Below the pieces are notes generated by a model, which was given only the letters and a program-made list of their open reading frames with translations, was not told the origin of the DNA and made no database searches. 64,000 nucleotides of DNA. Origin: Bugula neritina. Lineage: Eukaryota > Animalia > Bryozoa. The stretch covers positions 18,042,995 through 18,106,994 of the forward strand of contig OZ037765.1 of NCBI GenBank assembly GCA_964035545.1, in the 5' to 3' direction. The translations under genes and the position numbers were made by a program. Positions 11,301 through 22,880 of this stretch are shown one piece after another (position 1 is the stretch's first letter; every line of letters begins with the position of its first letter).

Positions 11301-14300
11301 CAGAGGGCAAATGATATTACTAGGTGAGTGACACCAAGTACATAAATATAAATGATGCAAATGATGTGAGTAACTTATAGTTGAAGTATTTACCATGTTT
11401 AAGGTAAATCGATATGTTAATTAAAATTCCTTAGTGAAAAATGGAAGGAAATTTATAAATGGATGGTTTCTAAATCTAAAGGCTGACCAACAGTGTATCA
11501 ACAAATTAATGAAGTTGAAAATAAGTTAGCCAATGCCTGTTTAGTTATAACTCATGTAAGTTAAAATCAACCATTTATGTTGTCCTTTTATGGTAACTAT
11601 ACAAACCGCAATAGGTAATCTAAAAGGAAAGGAAAATTGCAAGAATTTCTTTAGTAAAACATCATAATTTCTTATGCAAGCTTATTACATACAATAAGCA
11701 CAACTGTATATACCTGCAATTTTCTTGATAAACCTATATAAATATTATGATATAATATTATACACCAAAAACTTAGCAAAAATGACAAATTTGGCAATGA
11801 TAAAATTTAATGACAAATTGTTGACTAGATATTTATGGATGACACCAATTAGAACGTATTTTAGTGTCATAAATGTCATTTATACTCAACAAAGTCATGA
11901 ATACTTATGGCTGCATTAACTACTATACTAACTATACTGTAGATAAAATACTTGTGCAGACAAAGACATGGGAGCAGCTTTCAAGGTATTCCTGTAACTG
12001 AGGCAGGTGTTTCTACTAACATCAACTTTATTAAGTTATTTTGCAGCAGTATTATAGGCAATTTAGTGTGATAGGTGATGGGATTATAGTAGTTCAATAC
12101 TATTATAGCTCTATAAGTATAATAATATTACAGAGTAAAAGTTATATTGGTATAAAATGATAATTTAAATCATTGAAACAAAGCACTAACCTCAAGTTTG
12201 CCTTTAAAGTATTTTATCCCCATAGCAAATATTTTCAAAAGTACCTGCAAAATAAATTAGCTCTAGATGTTAGATTGGATCAAATCAACTTAATCAATCC
12301 TGAACATAGACCTTTGATACAGTCTAACTTACATTACCTTATATTATTAGTATAATGAAAAAAATTCAAAAATGATATTCTTAATTTGGAAAGTATCCAA
12401 GTTTATAAGTAATTAGAACTTTGACAACAATTGAGTAATTAGCAATAATCTTTTCATATTCAAATACTGACAATCATGAAAGTATTTAGCATTATATTAT
12501 ATTTATCCACTTTGTCGTAATATCATTCAGGTTATAATCTAAAAATTATTTATTTGTTGGTAAGTGTCAAAATCAAGTGAGATTTTGATCAAATGCTTGC
12601 TTTCTAAGCCAATTTGTTGTTATTTACTAAAATAGCATTCTGGTGTGCTAAAATGTGGATGGCAGATCATATCAAAACATCCCTTACTAATCACTAAATT
12701 ATATATAATAAGATCATTAAATTAAACTTAATGCCATCATAAATTATACTACATTATGCTTTAGCTCAATATTCTAACTAGTCAGACTTCTCAGTTTAAT
12801 CTCGTAGAACATCTAAACAGCAGTAGAAGTCAATTCACAGCACAAATATTATGTGCATTCTCTACCTCAGCCACCATGATAGCTAGGATCACCACACTAG
12901 TTAAATGGAAGGCGTGGGCTATGTTGAGCAATAGCGTGATTGTGGGATTGGTGCCTTCTTCAGCTTGCCCTGCTGCTCGCCGGTTTCTAACGTGCAGTTC
13001 CTGACTGTGGTTGAGAGAGTTGAAATCCTCTTGCCATATACAGCCACTGTGAGTTAGTAGTCTAGTAACAGTAACTAAGTTCGACTCATTGTATTGTTTC
13101 AACTCAATATTGCCTTTACAGTTTGCTTGCAGCTCTCTGGTCAACTCATTAGCTGCTTTTCTTCCATCTTCCAGATATACTGAAACACCAAAATAGTAGC
13201 TTGGATATTGGCCTTAAAATACAATAACTCAACCACAACCTCATGCAGTATTATAGTAAGAGTTAGGCCTAATAATGTACCGTTATTAGCGTTATTTATT
13301 TTAAGAAGGTGCAATGATACCAACAACAATTAGATGAGCATTGTTGAAACAAAGCGAAAATTCTTTTAAAAAAGAAGTTGCATGTAGCCTGTTGCATGTT
13401 GAATCTAAGCTATGCATTTAGAATAACATGCTAAACAACAAAAGTCCAAGTCTTGTTAGCAAAAAATAAAATGCAATACATTTAAAAGTATGCTTTGTAA
13501 CTTATCACATTATAAATGAAAGTAAGTGAATGTATAATTGTAATGCCTTTAGAGAATATAATTGCATGCATTGACTTACAGTTTAGAACATGTAGATCTA
13601 TTAACAACATGGCCAACAGTATGATGACATCCACAACCACTAGCACAACCAGAAACACCTCCAATGGCGTACTCTCCAGAAATCTCTCCAACCGAGCCTG
13701 AATTCTACAGCAAAGACTTTCCATATTATATTATGCAATACAATTATGTATATAATATATAATATATTATGTATGTAATAAATGAATATTATATTATGAA
13801 TATTACATTATGCAATATAATTATGTATATAATATATGTATATAATAAATGTAACTGTTTCCCTTTTTAATGAATATAATTACATTTAAAATAATAAATA
13901 TAATACTATTTTACATACTAAATATGATTATATTGTATGTGTGCTGAAAAATGTGAGAGTAGGCAAAAGTTGAAAAAACTTGCGTGAGTTTTTCTAACAT
14001 AATTGCTAATGCTGGCACATTTATGATCTAAAAAAGCAGTTTTGTGGAACTATTTTACATAAAAAAAACTTTGAAGGCTTTTACAACCTCACTACACACT
14101 TTATGTTCAATGTACATTAACTTCGCAAGAAAAAAAACTGCAAAAAAGTTTTAAACCAATTAGTGAAGCTTACTGCATAGTAGAGAAAGTATAAATGTAT
14201 AAGGACTTTCTTATAAGTCCAAATTTTCCAATGACTCTGAAACATATTCTTTCCAACCAGTTCATGGTAACTCTATACCATTTCATGAGAACTAGTATAG

Positions 14301-17276
14301 AGTTACCATACAGTTGTCAACTCTTATTTAATGTGGTAATAGATTTGGTTTGTTTGTATCTTGTGGTATGATTAAAATAATTAAAAGAATGGAGCAATTG
14401 TATTAAGTATTGCAAATTAATAATTGCTATACAAAACTAACTTTAAATATGAAAAGTATTAAAAGGACATTAAAGCAGTGCACAAGATACCATTTTATAA
14501 TTTTTCTTTTAAACTTAACATCATGAAGCAATGTTGTTTTTCAAAGAAGATGTAGTGAAATATTATTCCAATTTCCTTTTTTTAGATTTATGGGTGTTAT
14601 TTAAAATTCTATTTACACTGGTCAAGTGCAGAAAATAAGTTAATATCTTACTCTAGGCGCTTCAGCAATGACATAAAAATACATTAAGTAAAGTGGCACA
14701 CTTTATTAAAAATGCATTTAATTTTTCTATACTCTATTCTCCTAGTTCCTACGCCAATACATCAATTATTGCAGAAATAATTTGTAAGTTTAATCTTCAA
14801 AGGTAGCTGATTTATCATTATTAGAATGTTGCAATATGTGATAATAATTATAGAGAGCTTGAAACTCATTACTCAAGTAACTAAGACTATTATAGTTTTA
14901 TTTTGAGCTTTTCACCCACTCAGATCAATAATATTGGCAAGACTCTAGTCATTTTTTTACATAATTAATACCTCTTTTGGCAGGAGTACCCCTTTGGAAG
15001 TTGTTGCTCTATAAAGCCAGGAAAATCAAGTTGTCAAACACTTAGCTATATAGTGCTATTATTAGAGCAGTCTACCCTGAACTTTTCTATGGTGGGGGGG
15101 GGGGTCATTGTGTCACACAAGACTTGAGACTAAGTATCCTTAATCACTATTATAGCTTGCCTTTATCTTTCTTTCTAAAGAGTATTTTTATCTTTGACCT
15201 GGTGACTCTACGCTACACTATACACTATACACTAGACACTATACACTAGACACTATACACTATACACTAGACACTATACACTAGACACTATACACTATAC
15301 ACTATACACTATACACTAGACACTATACACTAGACACTATACACTAGACACTATACACTATACACTATACACTATACACTAGACACTATACACTATACAC
15401 TATACACTATATACACTATACACTATACACTATACACTATACACTATACACTAGACACTATACACTATACACTATACACTATACACTAGACACTATACAC
15501 TATACACTATACACTATACACTATACACTAGACCCTAGACACTATACACTAAACACCAGACACTATACACTATACACTAAACACTATACATTATACACTA
15601 GACATATTATACACTAGACATATTATACACTAGATATTATACACTATACATTATACACTAGACAATAGACACTATACACTATGCAGTATACACTATACAT
15701 TATAATACACTATACACTAGACACTATACACTAGACCCTAGCCACTATACACTAGACACTGGACACTATACACTAGACACTATACACTAGACACTAGACA
15801 CTATACACTATACATTATACACTAGACATATTATACACTATACACTATACACTATACACTAGACACTAGACCCTATAGACACTATACACTATACTCTATA
15901 CACTATACACTATACACTAGACACTAGACACTAGACACTATACACTATACACTATACTCTATACACTATACACTATACACTATACACTATACACTAGACA
16001 CTATACACTGCACACTATACACATCAAGGAGCATTTGGGAGAAAGTTCAAAATTAAAAGGTTTATTCATTCCTCAGGCATAACCTTGACTAATCTACTAC
16101 AACATAGGCTGTAAAAGCTACACAGATTATACTAACTCAAGCTTCAGGCATACAACAACACTCAGACTTAAACAACTAACAGGTCAAGTGAGTTTGTAAA
16201 ACGTAATTAATAGCATACATAGTGAAACATATCAAGAGGAGATTACTCCGGAATGCTTACTTTGTGTTCGAGTGATAAAGCACGTCATCGTTGAGTGATT
16301 TCAGTTCTTCTGCTATCACATCTGTGTCAGCGCTGTCTTGCCTCAGTGCTTTGTACAATTTGTCATCCAATTCTAGCAGCTTGGAGTCAGCATTGTTACT
16401 TGACCTGCAGTGATACAGCATATGCGCTATTAATTGCCAATAACTTTATACGAAACACTACATTAGTTTATCATAAAGATAATATCTTTGAAAGCAGAGA
16501 AATATATTAGATTATGATATCTAGGGGTCAAAATTGTTATTCTATAAATCAATATGTAATCAATATTTATGTTCACAAAGCATTTATATGTTCTACAAAT
16601 TTTTAAGCATAATTCTGCTTTGAAACTTCACAATAAAAACAGATTAAATATTTGAAATACTACATTTATTTAATGATGCATACTCTGTGATGTATGGGGC
16701 CTGAAAACATAGGTCAAGATGGTTTTTATGAGGTTTAACAAAAAACTGAATTACAAGCTATATCGTATGTCAGAATGTCATTATAGCCTATAATTATATC
16801 ATATCATTATATCATATCATTACATCACATCGTTACATCATATAATTATATCTTATCATTATATCATATCATTATATCATATCATTATATCATATCATTA
16901 TATCAAAATTACTTATCAATCAGTCTCTCCGCCACACATTTTCAGCCTATTGATAAGCGTGACACAAATCACTTTTAGCTAAAGATAATAAATTATTTTT
17001 CATGCAATTAAACTGTCTTCAATCTAATTGATTATATGGCAACTGACAAAATATTATTTATATGTTTTTTTGAACTGTTAGACATAATTCAAAATAAATA
17101 CATGTTTATTACATAGCATGTCTACAGCACTTACTATATATAGTGTCTACAATATCTAGAATATTCACTTACAGTACCTCTCATATTTATTTACAGTATT
17201 TATTATTTACTAGTGACTGCAACATTCAATCTATTGATATATTACTGAGAATTTTAACTTACTTGAATTTACCCAT
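8326..17276 (-). CDS. HVCN1: Voltage-gated proton channel (Hv family, Hv3-like variant lacking S4 R1), about 367 aa, 10 coding exons
   Basis: Phase-consistent GT-AG exons on the - strand: 17263-17276 (MGKFK), 16261-16404, 13580-13704 (S1 LVVLVVVDVIILLAMLLIDL, with the D112-equivalent), 12866-13179 (long loop and S2 AFHLTSVVILAIMVAE), 12191-12244 (VLLKIFAMGIKYFKGKLE), 10890-11028 (S3 VVDGIVIFISFAMD, S4 LLWRILRVFN), 9371-9486 (coiled coil), 9097-9175, 8447-8540 and 8326-8350 (stop). No S5-S6 pore domain or phosphatase domain follows. The last two exons are the least certain. Confidence 0.88.
15214..16022. repeat. 7-bp tandem satellite (ACACTAT/ACACTAG), about 800 bp, in Hv intron 2
   Basis: More than 100 units in two main variants, with occasional CATTAT/GACCCT variants. 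Confidence 0.98.
16792..16905. repeat. 13-bp tandem repeat (ATTATATCATATC)
   Basis: About 8 degenerate copies. Confidence 0.85.
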
Positions 17277-19713
17277 CTGGCGGTTTCAGAGCTGCACAGA
17301 TTATGTAGGATAGTGACTGCTGACTCCAACTACAGCATTATAGAATGCAAATGGTAAAATATTGATATAACTGTCAGGTTTTAGAAATCAATTCAACAGC
17401 ATGTCACTTTATTGAAAGTATTCAATGCAGTGTGATATATAGCCCATAAGATTTTTTGCTTATATCTTAAGATTGCATAATGTTCTACAGGATAAAATAC
17501 GGGACATGTAAGTCTACCTTCCCAAGAGATCAGATCAAAGATTTGTAAATTAGAATATTACGTGATTGATGTATTAGCAGTTTTTACCTGGAAACACTTA
17601 CCTAAGAAAGTGATGTAGCGCTTACATAGAATATATAGCCTAAGCTTCCACCTCAAACAACCTCAATCAAGTGTATGACACGGAACAGATATCATTATGT
17701 TGAATTAAAGTCTTCCAAGTGTGACCATCTCTCACTGCACCATTCCACACCCGACCAATAGCTACGCTGGTAGATTTCTTCTGTTTTAGCTTATGAATAC
17801 TTAAGTTGTCTGAAAAGTTATTTGGATATGCAATAAATTAATAGATAGCATTTTCTAACTTTCTAACTATCAAACTGGAAATTAGAGATCTAAATTGACG
17901 AAACATCCATTCCAAGCATCTTAATTGGAGTTAATCCATTTGGAAATTTAAAAGTTGAATCATATCATTAAAAGTTAAAATATATGACTTTTGCTGTTGG
18001 TGAAAAGCCTTCTATATGCTAAATATTGCTGCAAATATGCAAATAATACAAGTTTGAAGGTGATAATCTCAGAAATATAGTTACATCTTATGAGTTTAAG
18101 ATCCGTTCATCAACAGCTATTTATAGTTGTTTAGGAAGAGAGTTACAAAAAACTGACTGCTAATATGAAATTTTCTTGTCTACACTTTTCAAAATCAATT
18201 TTATTAGCTTGTCACTAGGCAGCTACAAAAAAGAGCTTGTCTGCATTTAGAATTAGTTTGGGATTCATATATCTAGCATTATATATTCAAAAAGTGTAAC
18301 TTGATGAAACCAAGTGTTTGTTGGTTTGATTGTTGAAGCACTTTTGTTTACAGGTTTTTATAGCCACATATAAATGGTAACAAAAAGGTACCTTTTGTAA
18401 TGTTAGTCCAACTTACCAGGTTCACACTATAATCTTAATTCCCCAGCTGTTTACATGTGCACTCAGGTCACAGCTATCGCAAAACTACATCTGTACCAAA
18501 AGCCATAATGTCATAACTCCAATACAAGCATAACGATAACCCTACACCTGTTCTAAAATTAAAGTATTATAGTTATCACATGCAACTAGAAATTGTTTTG
18601 CTTCTAAATACATATATTTAAGAAAAATAATAATTATAATGAAAAGTTGTCAATATACCATTTATATACTTGATCAGCCATTTTATGTCATTGGTTTGTC
18701 AGCATGCTCTGTTGATGAGCTAAAAAATGGCAAGTGATTTCTAAGCATGCAAATCAATTATCCTGCTGCCAGTAGTATATTACACCATACAGCTGCTACT
18801 TGCATTTTCTAACTATCTATTATTTTGGTTATTTTCTGTCATTTTGTATTTAGATACAAAATATTCTTATAACTAGCAATATTTTTTTTCATAACAAATA
18901 AAATCAATTCAACTTTGAAAAATATGAATTCAGGCAAAATATTGCTAGTTTTACACTTTTACTTAAATTAAACAACGTACGTGTTTGAAATACATAGTTA
19001 TGTACTAACTATATATAGCTTTTATATATAGTTTTCAATCAATGGTTACAATAGACTTAAAAATAGATTAATATTCTGATATAGTTGCTAACTAGGTACT
19101 GAAATGTTTCTGTTTAGACTCATTGCATAAAGCCAAATGGTTAAAGGGCATATATATAACACATACATTATATAATATAGTATGTAGAGAAATATAATTT
19201 CATAACTTTATATTAGCACAATTTGAAACAATGGTAAACACAATTTTACTTGTAGTGTATATCCAAGCTTCAAATCAAATTTACGTAAAAATTAAGTAGA
19301 GATAGTTCTTATGGAGCCTATATAACAAATAATTTTACAGGCATTTTAATCAATTCTAAACTCAAGATGGGTAGGAAAGATAACTCTATTCTTCAACATT
19401 CTCAACTCACTGCACTTTGTGATGAATGCAAATTTAAGTTAAAGTATCACCAGATGACTCATTTAAATAAATATATTTCACAATCTTTGTCAAAATCGAT
19501 GACAGACGACAACAATTAGAAATTTTATTTATTTACTTATAGTTATGTTTTATTATCTTATATTCTATCATTCTATACCACAGGGTTACTTTTTGAGACG
19601 ATAACTCTACATTACAGACGTTCTATGACCTTGGTGCCCACAGCTATACTATCTGGGGTGACTTGGTGCATTAGTTTAAAGTTTTCAAGTTTAGAGTGGA
19701 GGGGGAGGAGTAA

Positions 19714-20464
19714 CACGGGCTTTCCATGTACCGATCTGAGAAATGTGCTCAGATCGATCGTTTTTCCATGAAAGTGTCAGATCGATCTCGCGAAGTTGCC
19801 TCCTTTTAAGTCAAGGATACTTTAAAAGTACAATTTGTTCACCTATTTGAGTGATGAAAGCTACTACTGTTGAAAACAAGATGGCCGTAGTCTAAAATTT
19901 AATCCCAGCTATGAACTATACGCAGCAAAGCTTTCAGTGTATGGTAATTTGGCCAATTTAAAATAATTAATTTTATTTTTTTAGCTTGAAAGCTTATATA
20001 AAATTAATGGCTGTCTTGCAGATTATTAATAAACTTACAGGACTGTTAAGCTTAAAATTACAAAGAAAATAGCTAATGAAACTAAGTTTTAATAGTCATT
20101 TAAATTCAATTTAAATTCTCCCATTTTTTTACCTTCTACTGCATATAACTGAGTTTTCTTAATCATTGTACTGAAAGTCAAAGTTTTGCCACCTGAAAAG
20201 GTGGCTATCTTAATTATTAAGTACTTTGCTTAATAATTAACAATAAGTTATCATTTTTATTAGCAGACAACATTTTAGCGAGCAGTCATTTTTCCACTTC
20301 TCAGATCGATCTTTCGTCTTTCCATGGCCTTATTGCTTTGAGATCGATCTGAGTTCGAGCTCTACAGACCGACCAGCTCAGAACGACTGAGATCGATCTT
20401 TGACATCTTTCCATAGATCGATCTCGCTAAGATCGATCTGAGATCGGTACATGGAAAGCCGATG
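19714..20464. mobile_element. Non-autonomous DNA transposon (MITE), 751 bp, TAA target-site duplication
   Basis: The 24-bp terminal inverted repeat CACGGGCTTTCCATGTACCGATCT matches the right end at 22/24. TAA flanks both sides (19711-19713 and 20465-20467), and there are multiple subterminal AGATCGATCT palindromes. Superfamily is unresolved (PIF/Harbinger-like TSD, CACTA-like CA..TG ends). Confidence 0.88.
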
Positions 20465-21429
20465 TAAGTTTGGAGACCTTCAACTCCAATTTCAAGAACT
20501 TTGAACTATTGCACTCAGTCAGCTCAACTTGGAAGCTGCTTATAGAACAAATTTTCTGTGACAGCTTTTCATCCGGAAAAACCTGTTATTCATCATAAAC
20601 ATAGGACTAAGTGATAAACTTTAACTTTAAGTAAAGCTATAGTAAAAGAGATAAACTTTTCTAGCCATACTGTTCATGTTTCACTTCAGATTATTATCGT
20701 ATGTGCCCATATTGATACTGCTATTTCAAATTAACCTAAAATCTACTCATGTGATGTGATCAACGTCACGTCAAATTCAATATCGATATTGAATATGAAC
20801 ATCGCGGTGGTAGAGTACTAGACGTAATCATAATTAATTATGATAATGAAATTCAAATTGATTATGATTATTGTTATAAATAATAAATATGACGAACTGA
20901 TTATCTGTCAAACCCAAACGGCAACAGACAAATCACAATGACAATCATAATGATAATAATATTAATAATAATAACGTATTGATAATGGTATGGATATTTC
21001 AATTTGAATTTATATTATTATTTAGTATTTACTAATACTAATAGTAATAGTAATATCGACGTTGATAATGATATTTATTGCGGTAATGAATTATTGAATA
21101 TCGAGTGTTACTGATTGCTTCTTACACTTAGCTCATGGCCTAGCCTTTTCAAGTTATTGCTTATAAGTTATACGTTCAACTTTAATTCATAAGACTAAGT
21201 TACACTTAGTCTTAGTCTTACTGTTATACCTTAGGCTTATGAGCTATGGCTTATGATTCATGCTGATAGTGAGACTGATACTCAGCTACCTATACTTAGA
21301 CTGTAGCCTTACTTATTCAAATTGAGATATATTATTTATTCATGTTAAATAATAACACATTCGTGCGAGTTTATAGTAACTATGACTATCCCTATTACAT
21401 TTACTATTAGTATTACTCTATTAGTATGA

Positions 21430-21618
21430 GAATCCCTGATAAAAACTGGAAGGGGTTTTTAAAGTGGGCTAAAGACTTCTGAGGCACAGGAGCAATTAAT
21501 TATTCAACTGTGACTGGATGCTCTTTCTAATATGAATATCACTGCCTGTGTTTGGACTTGAACCACTGATCTTGTGTTTACTAGGCCAGCACTCTAACCA
21601 CTGCACCATGGCTGCTCC
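21430..21618 (-). mobile_element. tRNA-derived SINE (degenerate)
   Basis: The - strand reads GGAGCAGCCATGGTGCAGTGGTTAGAG (A box) ... GGTTCAAGTCC (B box, 21554-21564), followed by a non-tRNA body (AGAGCATCCAGTC). It has no complete acceptor stem, so it is not a tRNA gene. The 3' end is approximate. Confidence 0.72.
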
Positions 21619-22880
21619 CTATTCATACTATTTACTCGTTAGTATCTTGCATTTAGTAACATTATGATAATGATTTTAATAGTCATAATAATATTGAATT
21701 TGATAGCCATGTCAATAATTATAATTAATATCATGACTATCACAGAGATTCTAGCAGTACCACTCTGACTATCAATATTTTATAAGTTAAAATTAAATTT
21801 AAAATATAATTATTAATATAAATATGCTTATTTCATATGATATATCATGTGACATTATCTTTATGATTATGATTATACTCATTATCATTCGCATAAACTT
21901 GAAATTAAACACATTTAAGTAGTTTATCGCTCTGATAATCACTGTTGTTGGCTTAAATTATCATAATAAGTATATTGATACTATTAATAGATATAGAAAC
22001 TTTGTTAAATATCAAATTATAGTTATAGTAGTAATAATATTCAAACTCGATAGTCATAAACCAAGTGCAATTAATGAAAAATGTGAAATTCTTTGTTTGA
22101 TGTTTTTGATAATATAATTTTAGCTCTAGGTATTTATTTTTCAATCCAAGTCTCCCATAAAATTAAGTGTCTGAGAAATTTTCAATGGCCTAAATTTTCT
22201 AAACTTCAGAAATTAGTTTGAGGTGTCAGTTGAAAATTTCATAAAAGCATAATTTTTTGTGATATTTCTATCTAGAACAGACTATTTGTCAAATTTCTTC
22301 ATTACTGCACCATGAACATATACACCTGCCATGCCATGCCTGTACATTGGACTGGGTATAAAATTAATAGGATATATAATATAATTAATCTCAAGATCAT
22401 AATGGTTATGGTTATCAACACCATACATGCAATTGTGACTAATCATTAAAATACTCATAACCCTTATAGCGCTAATGGAATAGTGTGACAGAGTTAAGTC
22501 AAAGCCATGCCATGTCATTATAGTTAAAAACTTAATTCATTTTATGACTGGATACAAATTTCACTCAAAAATTATTTTGAATCATCATGTTTAAATTAGT
22601 TTGCTAGTGAACATTCTGTTTACATGAATACTCTCATAGCAACTGTTGAGCAGAGTTTAAACATGTTAACTGTATGTATTATAGCCCAACCTGCAAAAAC
22701 TTCTTATTAAATATATGATTGAATAATTAGGAGACTTGGATACCATCAAGTGAAGAATTTAAAGTTGTTTTTAGGGCAAATTTTAGAAATAATTTTTTTG
22801 TATCTATCGAGTAATTATAATTCTGATATTAATGGTTATAACTCATTATCCTAATAAATAATCACAATGCTGTTCAGACA

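Noticed and set aside
15214-16022. CRISPR-like or coded array
   Set aside because: Eukaryotic context, 7-bp units, and no unique spacers or cas genes.
21545-21618. Possible tRNA gene
   Set aside because: It has A and B boxes, but the acceptor stem does not pair and a SINE-like body follows. Called a SINE instead.
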